From: Candidatus Limnocylindrales bacterium | Lineage (GTDB): Bacteria > Chloroflexota > Limnocylindria > Limnocylindrales > CSP1-4 | NCBI GenBank assembly: GCA_035701885.1 | Contig: DASSRG010000088.1 | Span: 1 to 47,939 of the forward strand | Direction: 5' to 3' | Length of the DNA: 47,939 nt | Shown here: piece by piece, positions 1-9,354 of the stretch | Layout: every line of letters begins with the position of its first letter | How positions within the stretch are numbered: position 1 is the stretch's first letter | Program-made: the position numbers and the translations under genes | Notes under the pieces: model-generated | The model's database searches: none | The model's input: only the letters and a program-made list of their open reading frames with translations | What the model was told of the DNA's origin: nothing

Positions 1-2
1 AG

Positions 3-824
3 CTAGGCCGCGTCGGAGGCAGCCGCCGCGTCGGACCCCAGGATCGGCCGGCCGCGCCGGAGGGCCCGCTCGCGGTTCACCCACAGCCGGAGCCGCAGCG
101 CCCAGAAGTCCTTCACCGCGCGCCAGATGACCGATGGCTTCGCGCCGGTCGGGGAGCCGGCTGTCCGGGGATAGTGCGGCACGCCCACCTCGACGATCGA
201 CCGGCCGAGCTCTCCGATCCTGATCAGCAGCTCTGCCGAGAAGAACGCCCCACCCGACTCGACCCGGACACCCTGGAGCGATTCGCGCGTGAACAGCTTG
301 CACGCGCAGTCGACGTCGCGGACACGGAGGCCGAAGAAGATCCGGTTGGCGAGCTTGTACGTGCGTGCGTACGCGATCCGGATGAACGGGTCGGCGCGCT
401 TGATGCGGTACCCGGCCACGACGTCGGGATGGTCCGGCTCGTTCATGCGGGCGGTCAGCCGGGCGAGGTCCGCGACGCGGAACTGGCGGTCACCGTCGGT
501 GAAGCACAGGAGCTCGTAGCGGGACGCCTCGAACCCCGACCGGAGCGCGCCACCGTAGCCGCGGTTGCGCTCGTGGTGGATCGCCCGGACGATTCCCGGG
601 TGCTCCGCCGCGAGCCGGTCCGCGATCTCGCGGGTCCGGTCCTTCGACCCGTCGTTGACGGCAATGATCTCGAACGTGTCGGCGATCCGCGGCAGCGTCT
701 CGAGCGCCTCCAGCACGAGCGCCTCGAGGTTCGCCTCCTCGTTGTGGGCCGGGAAGAACCAGGACAGACGCGGCACGCGCGCCTGGGCCGGGATCTCGTC
801 CGCTGCCGGGGCCGGTGCGATCAC
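3..824 (-). CDS. GT2-family polyprenyl-phosphate glycosyltransferase (DPM1/Ppm1/GtrB-like, no TM tail)
   Basis: 273-aa ORF with GT-A motifs FFPAHNEEANL, IIAVNDGSKDRT, RNRGYGGA and CFTDGDRQF (DxD). GTG start at 822-824 overlaps the upstream stop (GTGA). TAG at 3-5. Confidence 0.85.
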   Translation of the reverse strand: MIAPAPAADEIPAQARVPRLSWFFPAHNEEANLEALVLEALETLPRIADTFEIIAVNDGSKDRTREIADRLAAEHPGIVRAIHHERNRGYGGALRSGFEASRYELLCFTDGDRQFRVADLARLTARMNEPDHPDVVAGYRIKRADPFIRIAYARTYKLANRIFFGLRVRDVDCACKLFTRESLQGVRVESGGAFFSAELLIRIGELGRSIVEVGVPHYPRTAGSPTGAKPSVIWRAVKDFWALRLRLWVNRERALRRGRPILGSDAAAASDAA

Positions 825-2425
825 TGGGTGGGGGTCTCCGTTCTGCCTGTCACGCGGAACAGGTTACCGGTCGGGCCCACGAGCTCGATCGTGTAGCGAT
901 CGCGAAGCGCGTCGACCTCTGCGTCGGAGAGGCGCACGAGGTAGACCGGACGCGTGTCGAGGTACTTCTCGATCACGTCGGGCACCTCGCCCAGGTTCTC
1001 GTCGATGCGGGTACGGTCGTCGATGATCGTGACGTCCGGCCGCCAGTCGTCGAGCAGCTGTGCGTACCACATCAGCGTGGAATACGACCACCACGAGATC
1101 ACCACCCCGTCGGGCTCGATGTACTCGTACGCGTCACCGAGCCAGTCCTGCGCCATCGTCGACTGCGACAGGTCCTGCTCCGACCAGCGGTCGCGGATCC
1201 CGATCGCCGTCGGGACGAGGAGGATGACCGCGAGGATGATGGACACCCCGGTTCGCAGCGAGGCGGCAACGGGCGGGTCGTCGCGCCCGTCCCCGCTCCC
1301 GTCCGCGTCGGCGCCGGTTGCCCCGATCGCCTGGTCGGCGATGGCCCCCGCGGCCGCCGCGAGCCACGACCAGGCGAAGAACAGCGGGCCGAGGTAGTAG
1401 CGGTCGATGCGCGCGTTCTCGTAGGTGGCCGCGAAGACGCAGGTGAGCAGGAACGCGGTGCCGGAGTACACGGCGTAGCGCGGGTGACGCAGCGCGGTGA
1501 TGGCGAACGCGGGCAGCAGCAGGATGGCGAGCGGGCCGAGCTGCTGGTCGGCGAACGACCACAGGGCCGCGGCCCGGTCCACCGGGCTGCCGCCGGTGAG
1601 ATCGCCCTGGAACTGCCGGCCGAGCACGATGTCGAGCAGGCCCTGCAGCGTCTCGGGGTGCCCGTAGACGAGCGGCGCCCGGAACGGTCCTGCCCGCAGC
1701 GGCAGCTCGAGGTAGAGCAGCGCCGCGACGCCGATGGCGGTGCCGAGCGCGGCCATCACGAGCTTGGGCCGACGGAGTACCGCCGAATCGACCATGAGGA
1801 CGAACAGCCCGACGGCAGGGACGAGCAGCAGCGTCAGCCCGTGGTTGGCGACCGAGACGCCGAACAGCGCGGCGGTCCCGACGAGCCGGCGATCCGCCCG
1901 GCGACGCAGCACCTCGTCGCCGGGGTCGTCGCGCGCGTCCTCGACCGCGGCCTCCCAGCGGAGCAGCCCGAGCGTGATCGCCACGACGAGCGCCACGTGG
2001 AGCGCGTGCACGTCCGCCGACACGCCGATGTGCCACGTGATGGGTGTGAGCGCGAATCCGACGGCCGCTGCGCCGGCCACGAGCACCGGAGCGCCGAGTC
2101 GCCGGAACACGAACACGGCCATGGCCGACGCGAACGCGGCGAGGATGCCGGACAGGAGCGTCATCCGGAACGCGGGCTCGCCGAACGGCGCGAGCAGCTG
2201 GTTCGCGATCCAGCCGAGGACGACGAAGGCCGGGAACCCGGTCGGGTGCATCGTGCCGAGGAGCGGTGGGACCGTCTGGACCTCGGCGGTGTCCCACGCG
2301 CCGACGCCGGGGAGCATCGTCGCGCGGTACACGACGAGCGCGAGGAGGAACGTCGCTCCGGCGACGAGCGCCGTGGGGTCGGGGAGGCGCAGCCGTGCGC
2401 GCCGGGAAGCGGCGCTACCAGCCAA
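821..2425 (-). CDS. DUF2723/TMEM260-like GT-C membrane glycosyltransferase
   Basis: 534-aa ORF with TTG start at 2423-2425. N-terminal MLPGVGAWDTAEVQTVPPLLGTMHPTGFPAF is the DUF2723-type first-loop signature. Multiple TM segments are followed by a soluble C-terminal domain. The stop overlaps the GT2 start. Confidence 0.75.
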   Translation of the reverse strand: MAGSAASRRARLRLPDPTALVAGATFLLALVVYRATMLPGVGAWDTAEVQTVPPLLGTMHPTGFPAFVVLGWIANQLLAPFGEPAFRMTLLSGILAAFASAMAVFVFRRLGAPVLVAGAAAVGFALTPITWHIGVSADVHALHVALVVAITLGLLRWEAAVEDARDDPGDEVLRRRADRRLVGTAALFGVSVANHGLTLLLVPAVGLFVLMVDSAVLRRPKLVMAALGTAIGVAALLYLELPLRAGPFRAPLVYGHPETLQGLLDIVLGRQFQGDLTGGSPVDRAAALWSFADQQLGPLAILLLPAFAITALRHPRYAVYSGTAFLLTCVFAATYENARIDRYYLGPLFFAWSWLAAAAGAIADQAIGATGADADGSGDGRDDPPVAASLRTGVSIILAVILLVPTAIGIRDRWSEQDLSQSTMAQDWLGDAYEYIEPDGVVISWWSYSTLMWYAQLLDDWRPDVTIIDDRTRIDENLGEVPDVIEKYLDTRPVYLVRLSDAEVDALRDRYTIELVGPTGNLFRVTGRTETPTQ

Positions 2426-3860
2426 GGAGCTGTCCCCAGACCACGCCCCAGAGGTTGATCGCCGCGCCCGCGATGAGCAGCACGATCGCCGTCGCCCGCG
2501 GCCGGCCGTCGCCCGCCCGCGCCGCGCCCAGCGCGACCAGCGGGAGCAGGAACGGGATGAAGTCCATCGAGAACCGATAGCCCCACTGGACCCACCCCTG
2601 GCTGAAGTGGGCGAGGTTGAACAGGGCGATGACGAGCACCGTCACGACGGCCCCGAGTGTCAGGCGGGCCGTCGGGCGGCGCGCGATGGCGAACAGCGAC
2701 AGGAGCAGCGCAGGCGCCGACAGCAGGATGCTCGTGCCGATGTCGATGGGGATCGCGATCGGACAGTCGAGGTCGAACAGGCCCCGGGTCGTGTCGGGCG
2801 CGACGCACAGCGGCCGGACCGGATACACGCCGAGCGTGTCCGGCTTGATGTTCGGCAGCAGCTCCGGGAGCGCCGCGAGCATGATCCCCAGGTTCTGGGG
2901 GACGTAGCGGATGTCCTCGACGGACCAGTCCGGGTGGTAGCCGAGCGTGGGGTAGCCGTTCGCCTCGAGCTGGTACTGGTAGTCGTACCCGGGGTGGAGC
3001 ACCGAGCCGGTGGTCAGCCACGTGTAGCCGAGGAGGGCGGCGACCGGCAGCACGGCCCCGATCGCGGCCGACAGCGTGCGACGGACCGTCGACCCGCCAC
3101 CACCCACGAGCATCAGGAACGGCGCGGCGAACACGAGCGGCAGGCGCGCGGTCGCGGCGATGCCCAGCAGCAGCCCCGCCAGCAGCTGGCTGCGGTCCGG
3201 CGACCACCACGGCCGCTCCGGCGTCGGCTCCTCCGCCGCCCGCTCCTCGGCGGCGCCGGGATCGCGGCGCAGCGCGACGCCCACCGCGAGCAGCGCGAAC
3301 ACCGAGGCGACGAGGTGGGCGAGGTACCACGTGCTGCCGACCGCGGCCGCCCACCACCAGACGGTCCCGGTGGCGAACACGAGCGTCGTCAGCACCCGGA
3401 CGCTGAGCGCGATGCGCAGCCCGCCGAGCATCCACCACGCGGCCAGCACGCCGATCCCCGCAATCCCGATCGCGATCGACTCCTGGTCGACCGTCAGCCC
3501 CCAGGTGGCGACGAACGGGACCAGGACCAGCGCGGGGAGCGGCGGGAACGGCAGCAGCACGCGCCCGGTGAACTCGCCGTTCTCGAACAGCGGGTAGATG
3601 TCCTGGAAGTAGTCGTTGGCCGGCGTCGTGTCGGTCGCCGCCTGGGGGAACGGGATCCAGGCCCGGCCGTGGAGGAAGGCGTCGGCCTGCCACACGAAGT
3701 GCGTGTACTGGTTGAAGTGGACGGGGTTCGAGAACGCGTACACGACCACGGCCGCGAACGCGATGAGGAGCCCCACGATCACGATCGTGGGGCCCGAGGC
3801 GGCACGGTCCTGTGAGGGGGCCCGATCGGGACCCTCGGCTATACTCCGCTGCACCTTCAA
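2415..3860 (-). CDS. Polytopic membrane protein, GT-C-like putative glycosyltransferase
   Basis: This is the C-terminal 482 codons of track ORF 2415..6080. About 12 hydrophobic segments, with an acidic first loop (WQADAF..NDYFQD..LPFPPLPALV). The first in-frame starts are TTG 3860 and GTG 3854, so the start is uncertain. The upstream part of the long ORF is antisense to the 4002 gene. Confidence 0.55.
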   Translation of the reverse strand: MKVQRSIAEGPDRAPSQDRAASGPTIVIVGLLIAFAAVVVYAFSNPVHFNQYTHFVWQADAFLHGRAWIPFPQAATDTTPANDYFQDIYPLFENGEFTGRVLLPFPPLPALVLVPFVATWGLTVDQESIAIGIAGIGVLAAWWMLGGLRIALSVRVLTTLVFATGTVWWWAAAVGSTWYLAHLVASVFALLAVGVALRRDPGAAEERAAEEPTPERPWWSPDRSQLLAGLLLGIAATARLPLVFAAPFLMLVGGGGSTVRRTLSAAIGAVLPVAALLGYTWLTTGSVLHPGYDYQYQLEANGYPTLGYHPDWSVEDIRYVPQNLGIMLAALPELLPNIKPDTLGVYPVRPLCVAPDTTRGLFDLDCPIAIPIDIGTSILLSAPALLLSLFAIARRPTARLTLGAVVTVLVIALFNLAHFSQGWVQWGYRFSMDFIPFLLPLVALGAARAGDGRPRATAIVLLIAGAAINLWGVVWGQLLGW

Positions 3861-4001
3861 CGCTGCGTCAGGAGGCTCCCCATCACCGCTTCGGGTACGG
3901 GTGCGCCCGGCCGGGAGACGTCGATCCAGGAGCCTTCCCGGCTGGCCGTCGGCTGGCCGATCCTGGCCATCCTGCTCGTCGGCCTCGTCGTCCGCCTGAT
4001 C

Positions 4002-7000
4002 ATGGCATACGGGGTCGAAGGACTCCGCGGATCGGGCTTCGACAGCGACCTGAACCTGTTCCGGTTCTGGGCCTCGAACCTCGCCGAGCACGGGCCGTTC
4101 GGCTTCTACGACCGCGGCTTCTTCGCCGACTACACGCCCGGGTACCTGTATGCCCTGTGGCTGGTCGGCATCGTCGGCAACACGCTCGGCGGGGTCGGCG
4201 ACCTGATCAAGCTCCCCGCGATCATCACCGACGTCGTCCTCGCGTATGTCGTGTACCGCATGGTGCTCGACCTGGGCGTGACCGTGGGCCGGGCGCGGCT
4301 CGCCGCGATCGTCGTCCTCGTCAACCCGATCACCTGGTTCGACTCGGTCGTGTGGGGGCAGGTCGACAGCTTCGGCACCGTGTTCCTGCTGCTCGCCGTG
4401 CGCGAGCTGTGGAAGGACCGGCCGGAGCGGGCCGCGATCCTCGCGGTGGTCGCGGCGCTCGTGAAGCCGCAGCTCGCGATCCTGGTGCCGATCGTCGCGT
4501 TCGTCGTGATCCGCCGGGCGCTGTGGCCGGACGGCGCCTATGGCGACGAGCCCGCGCCGGAGCGCTCGGGCTTCGGGTGGGAGCGGCGCACGCGGGGGCC
4601 GATCCGGATCCTCAGCACCGCCGTTGCGGGCTTCGTGACCGCGGTCGTGCTGGCCGCGCCCTTCGGGCTGTCGGTCGTGTCCGTCACGGGAGCCGCGCCG
4701 TTCCTCGAATCGACGCTCCTGCGGCTCGTGTTCAGCACCGCCGCCACCTACTCGTACGTGACCGTCAACGCGTACAACCTGTGGGCGCTGTTCCCGGTCA
4801 ACGGGGAGAGCACGGCGACCAACGGCCTGTGGATCCCCGACGCGCCGATCCCCGACGCGACCGCCTGGGCGCAGATCGGGCCGTTTCCGGCCGCCGTCGT
4901 CGGTGGCCTGCTGCTGGGCCTGATCCTGTTCGTCGTCGTGCCGCTGCTCGTGGCTCGCAAGCCGGACCGGCTGACGATCCTCGTCGGCGTGTGCGCGCTC
5001 GCGCTGGCCTTCTTCGCCGTCCCGACCCGGGTCCACGAGCGCTACCTCTACCCGCTGTTCGGCCTCGCGGCGATCCTGTTCGCGTTCTCGTGGCGCTGGC
5101 GGGCGGCCTACCTGCTCGCCTCGTTCGCCACGTTCCTCAACATGTACGCGGTCCTCACGACGCTCTACGGGTACATGAACCCGAACATCTCGGACTGGCT
5201 GGGGATCGGGCCGGCGATCGTGTCGTTCGGCGGCGTGGCATTCGTCGCGATCCTCCACACGGTCGTGTTCGTGTTCGGGATGCTCCAGCTGCGCGACGGG
5301 GCACGGCGCACGCTCGCCACGGAGCTCGCGGAGGCGCGGCACGTGACCGGGCCGCCTGTGCAGGCGGAGGACGTCGCACCCGAAGCGCCGCCGGCCGTGC
5401 CGGGATCGATGGAACCCGTGCCCGCCGGAGGCGTCTCTGCGGCCGTGATCGATCGCGCGGAGCGCGAAGACGGCGACGTGCCCTCGAGCGGCGGCGTCGC
5501 CCAGGCCGGCGCCGGGACATCCGGCGCCGGGACATCCGGCGTCGCCGCCCTCGCAACCGGTCCGCGCCGGCTCCCCGCGTGGTACGAGCGACCAGGCTGG
5601 ACCGAGCTGGGGCCGATCGGGTGGCTCCGGCACCGGATGGCGGAGACGCCGATCCGCCCCGATCGCTCGCGACTCCTCACCCGCGAGGGCGGCGGCCGCC
5701 TCGACCGCCTCGACCTGTGGATCCTCGTCGTGCTCGTGATCGCCGGGATGAGCCTGCGGATGTTCCGCGTCGGCGAGCCCGCCCGGATGCACTTCGACGA
5801 GGTCTACCACGCGCGGACCGCGACCGAGTTCCTCCAGTCGTGGCGCTACGGCATGGACCACGCGATCTACGAGTGGACCCACCCGCACCTCGCCAAGTAC
5901 GCCATGGCCGGCGGGATCGTCCTGTTCGCGGGCCACGACGTCGCGGCGAGCAGCCAGGTCACGAACGCCGTGCGCGACGCCGCGATCGAGCCGCGCCGCG
6001 CCGGCGACGACATCGCCGCCCGGGACGGCGACCGCGTCTGGCTCGCCACCGGGGACGCCGTCATCGCCCTCGACCTCCACACGCGCAAGGCCGTGGGCTC
6101 GGTGGAGCTGCCCGGCGCGAGCGCAGTGGCGTTCGACCCCGGTACGAACCAGCTGTACGCCGGCACCGATGCGGGCGAGATCTGGTCGATCGACACGACG
6201 GTGGCGGATGCGCTGCGGAACGCTCCGGCGACCGGCGCCGAGGCTCCCTCGCTGGAGGCGACCCTCGTCGGGACGCTCGACGGCGCCATCGGCCGCGTCG
6301 CCGTGTTCGACGACGGCTCGTCGCTCGCCGCACAGCTGGGTGCGGACACGGTGGCGATCGTGGACCCGGCCAGCGGCGAGGAGCGCGGGCGCCTCCAGGT
6401 GGACGGGCTCGGCGAGATGATCGCGTCGGGGACGGCGGACGCGGTCGTCGCGACGCCCGGCTCCATCGAGGACCCGCAGACCGCGGCCGCCATCCTCGCC
6501 GAGATCCTGGGCGGCGACGCCGCGACCTACGAAGAGCAGCTCGCGAGCAACCCGGACCGGGTCGTGCTCGAGGCGACGCTCGATGACGCGACGCGGACCG
6601 CGCTCGAGGACGCGATCACCGGCGGCCGCCTCGAGGGCGTCACGATCGAGCCCGTCGGACAGCTCGCAATCGCGGGCGCGGACGGCGTCACGTTCGTGGG
6701 CCCGTCCGGCGGCGTCGTGGCCCGGGCGTCGCTCCCGGGCGGCGCAACCTCGGTCGCCCTGGTGAGCGGCGTCGACGACGGGACGCAGATCTACGCCACG
6801 ACCCCCGGTGACTCGGGCGACCCGGGGATCGCGATCATCGCCGTCTCGGGCGACGACGCGAAGGAGGGCCCGACGGTCAAGGACACGTTCCCCCTCCCGG
6901 CGGCGGGGTCGCGGATCGTATACGACGAGGCGTCAGAGCTGGTCGAGGTGCTCGGGCCACGCCAGGACGGCGACGGCACCACGATCTACGTCGTCGAGCC

Positions 7001-9311
7001 GCACGGACGGGCGGTGTTCGCGGACCACCAGCTCCCGTACGAGCCGTCGGCCTGGGTCCTCGACCACAACGGCGACTTCCCGGCGGACAACCGCGGGGCG
7101 ATCCTCGCGTTCAGCGCCGGCGGCGAGGCCGCGTCGGTCGATGTCGGGCACTACCACTTCTCGTGGCGCCTGCCGGGGGTGATCCTCGGAGCGCTCACGG
7201 TCGGACTGTTGTTCCTCCTCGCCCGCGTCCTGTTCGCGCGGCGCGAGGTGGGCGTCCTGGTCGGCGCCTTCGCCCTGCTCGACGGCATGTTCTTCGTCCA
7301 GAGCCGGATCGCGATGAACGACGTCTACGTGGGTTTCTTCATCCTCGCGGCGTACCTGCTGTTCGCATGGCTCTGGGTGGAGCGGCGACGCGCCCGGTGG
7401 TTCTGGGTGCTGATGCCCGCGATCGGGATCCTGCTGGGCCTCGCGCTCGCGTCCAAGTGGGTCGCGGCCTATGCCATCGGGGCGCTCGGCATCCTCGTCC
7501 TCGCCCGGTCGGCCCTCGGCCGGATCATCCTCATCGTCGGGCTGATCGGCGTCACGGGCGTCCTCGGCTGGATGGCGATGGCCGTGCCTTCGGACGTGTC
7601 GGTCTCGGGGAACCTGCTGTTCCCGCTGATCATGATCGCGATCACGCTCGCGACGGTCGTCGTCAGCGTCTACCACCCCATCGCCTGGTCGGACGAGGAG
7701 GTCATCCTCGCGGTCGGCGGGCCGGCCGTGCTCGGCGGGCTCATCGTCCTGGGCGCCATCGCCGCGGGTCGAACCGATGCGCAGCTCGTCGCCGGGCCGC
7801 TGATCCTCCAGCCGCTGACGCTCGGGTTCGCGCTCGTCGTGCTCGGGGGGCTTGCCTACGCCACGTTCCAGGTCGCGGGCCGGTACGGGATGGGCCCGAT
7901 GGCTCGCGAGCGGCCGCTCGACGCCGACGCCGTCCGGCTGCCGCCGCCCGCGCCAGCGGCCGAGGGGTGGCTGCGGCTCGGCTCCGGGCTCGGGCTGCCG
8001 ATGGTCTGGATGGTCGTCTGCCTGCTCGCGATCCCGCTCGCGGTGTACGTGGCGCTGTACGTGCCCTGGGCCCTGATCGACGGCAACCAGATCGTCAACG
8101 GCTGGCCGGGCGGGCACACCGGGCAGACGCTCCTCGCGCTGACCGAGGCCATGTACCGCTACCACAACAATCTCACCGCGGCGCACGCGGCGAGCTCCCC
8201 GTGGTGGGCGTGGCCGCTCAACCTCAAGCCCGTGTGGTTCTACCAGGGCTCGTTCGCGTTCCAGACGGCGGGGTCGATCTACGACGCGGGCAACATGGTG
8301 ATCTGGTGGATGGGGATCCCGGCGATGGCGTTCGTCGCCTACCAGGCGTTCAAGCGCCGCAGCCTCGCGCTCGCCCTGGTGCTGATCGCGTTCCTCTGTC
8401 AGTGGATCAGCTGGGCGCGCATCGACCGGGCCTCGTTCCAGTACCACTACTACACGAGCCTGCCGTTCGTGGTGATCTCGCTCGGCTATTTCATGGGCGA
8501 GCTGTGGCACGGCGCGTCGAGACGGACCTGGCTGCTGGCCAGGGTCGCCGCGGCCGTGGCGATCATGGGGCCCGTGATCCTGTGGCTCGTGCGGCTGCCG
8601 CTGTGCGGGATCGCGGGTGTCGACACCGTGAACGCCGGGTCGCAGGCCTGTCACGGCAACCCGGGCAACCTCGTCGTCACGCCGGCCGCGTTCGCGATGG
8701 TCGTCGTGGGCCTCGTGACGCTCCTGGTCCTCGTCCGCTTCCTCGTCCGCCTCGCCCGTCCCACCCAGGACGGCCGGCCGCTCGGCCCGCGCGACTTCGC
8801 CCCGGTCGCGATCGCCGCGGTCGTCGGCGGCGTCCTGCTCGCGCTGACCCGGTTCCTGCCGTCGAGCGACCCGCTGTTCTCGTTCCCGGGCATCGTGCCG
8901 GAGCTGATCGCGCTGCTGGTCGCCATCCCGCTGGGGCTGGTCGCGATCCAGGTGCTCACCGCGCGCGACGCCCGGCGGTTCGTGCTGGGCTACGTGGGCG
9001 TGGCCGCCGCGTGGTTCGTGTTCCTGTACCCCAACATCTCGGCGCTGCCGCTCCCTGCCACGCTCGTCAACGCGTACCAGGGGATCCTGCCGACGTACCT
9101 GTACGCCTTCCAGTTCGGGGTGAACACCGTCGAGCGCGGGGCGACGGTGTTCCAGGACCTGCGGTTCGGGATCCTGATGGTGTTCCTCGTCGTCGCGTGC
9201 GGCGTCGTCGCCTGGTCGGCCCGGATGTGGCGGCTCGCGGCCGCAGAGGACGCGGCGCGCGATCGCGGCGGGGCTGCCGGCGGGCCGGCGGGCGAACCCG
9301 GGGGCGCCTGA
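4002..9311 (+). CDS. Giant dual GT-C glycosyltransferase: N-terminal Gpi18/ALG-like module plus GT39/PMT-like module with a beta-propeller-like insertion
   Basis: 1769-aa ORF. Module 1 has GFDSDLNLFRFW..ADYTPGYLY and about 10 TMs. A Pro/Ala/Gly linker follows. Module 2 has PMT loop-1 HFDEVYHARTA, HPHLAKY, NDVYVGFF and YHNNLTAAHAASSPWWAWPLNLKPVWFY. The frame is open back to 3816 and encodes a TM helix before the first ATG, so the true start is probably upstream and non-canonical. Confidence 0.85.
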   Translation: MAYGVEGLRGSGFDSDLNLFRFWASNLAEHGPFGFYDRGFFADYTPGYLYALWLVGIVGNTLGGVGDLIKLPAIITDVVLAYVVYRMVLDLGVTVGRARLAAIVVLVNPITWFDSVVWGQVDSFGTVFLLLAVRELWKDRPERAAILAVVAALVKPQLAILVPIVAFVVIRRALWPDGAYGDEPAPERSGFGWERRTRGPIRILSTAVAGFVTAVVLAAPFGLSVVSVTGAAPFLESTLLRLVFSTAATYSYVTVNAYNLWALFPVNGESTATNGLWIPDAPIPDATAWAQIGPFPAAVVGGLLLGLILFVVVPLLVARKPDRLTILVGVCALALAFFAVPTRVHERYLYPLFGLAAILFAFSWRWRAAYLLASFATFLNMYAVLTTLYGYMNPNISDWLGIGPAIVSFGGVAFVAILHTVVFVFGMLQLRDGARRTLATELAEARHVTGPPVQAEDVAPEAPPAVPGSMEPVPAGGVSAAVIDRAEREDGDVPSSGGVAQAGAGTSGAGTSGVAALATGPRRLPAWYERPGWTELGPIGWLRHRMAETPIRPDRSRLLTREGGGRLDRLDLWILVVLVIAGMSLRMFRVGEPARMHFDEVYHARTATEFLQSWRYGMDHAIYEWTHPHLAKYAMAGGIVLFAGHDVAASSQVTNAVRDAAIEPRRAGDDIAARDGDRVWLATGDAVIALDLHTRKAVGSVELPGASAVAFDPGTNQLYAGTDAGEIWSIDTTVADALRNAPATGAEAPSLEATLVGTLDGAIGRVAVFDDGSSLAAQLGADTVAIVDPASGEERGRLQVDGLGEMIASGTADAVVATPGSIEDPQTAAAILAEILGGDAATYEEQLASNPDRVVLEATLDDATRTALEDAITGGRLEGVTIEPVGQLAIAGADGVTFVGPSGGVVARASLPGGATSVALVSGVDDGTQIYATTPGDSGDPGIAIIAVSGDDAKEGPTVKDTFPLPAAGSRIVYDEASELVEVLGPRQDGDGTTIYVVEPHGRAVFADHQLPYEPSAWVLDHNGDFPADNRGAILAFSAGGEAASVDVGHYHFSWRLPGVILGALTVGLLFLLARVLFARREVGVLVGAFALLDGMFFVQSRIAMNDVYVGFFILAAYLLFAWLWVERRRARWFWVLMPAIGILLGLALASKWVAAYAIGALGILVLARSALGRIILIVGLIGVTGVLGWMAMAVPSDVSVSGNLLFPLIMIAITLATVVVSVYHPIAWSDEEVILAVGGPAVLGGLIVLGAIAAGRTDAQLVAGPLILQPLTLGFALVVLGGLAYATFQVAGRYGMGPMARERPLDADAVRLPPPAPAAEGWLRLGSGLGLPMVWMVVCLLAIPLAVYVALYVPWALIDGNQIVNGWPGGHTGQTLLALTEAMYRYHNNLTAAHAASSPWWAWPLNLKPVWFYQGSFAFQTAGSIYDAGNMVIWWMGIPAMAFVAYQAFKRRSLALALVLIAFLCQWISWARIDRASFQYHYYTSLPFVVISLGYFMGELWHGASRRTWLLARVAAAVAIMGPVILWLVRLPLCGIAGVDTVNAGSQACHGNPGNLVVTPAAFAMVVVGLVTLLVLVRFLVRLARPTQDGRPLGPRDFAPVAIAAVVGGVLLALTRFLPSSDPLFSFPGIVPELIALLVAIPLGLVAIQVLTARDARRFVLGYVGVAAAWFVFLYPNISALPLPATLVNAYQGILPTYLYAFQFGVNTVERGATVFQDLRFGILMVFLVVACGVVAWSARMWRLAAAEDAARDRGGAAGGPAGEPGGA
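5508..5537. repeat. 2 x 15-bp in-frame tandem repeat (GAGTS GAGTS) in the inter-module linker
   Basis: ggcgccgggacatcc occurs twice in direct succession. Confidence 0.9.
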
Positions 9312-9354
9312 CGGACGAGGGGCGCGTGACCGACGAGGCGCGAGGCGGACGAAC

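Noticed and set aside
815-3815. Long plus-strand ORFs 815..2458 and 1734..3815 opposite the glycosyltransferase genes
   Set aside because: They have no recognisable family and extreme Arg/Pro/Asp/Glu or Ser/Ala/Thr/Arg composition. They fully overlap minus-strand genes with clear domain signatures.
2415-6080. 1221-aa minus-strand ORF in the track
   Set aside because: Only the last 482 codons (2415-3860) look like a real membrane protein. The upstream 740 codons are Arg/Asp/Glu/Pro/Gly-rich and run antisense to the well-supported 4002-9311 gene. This is a typical high-GC shadow frame.
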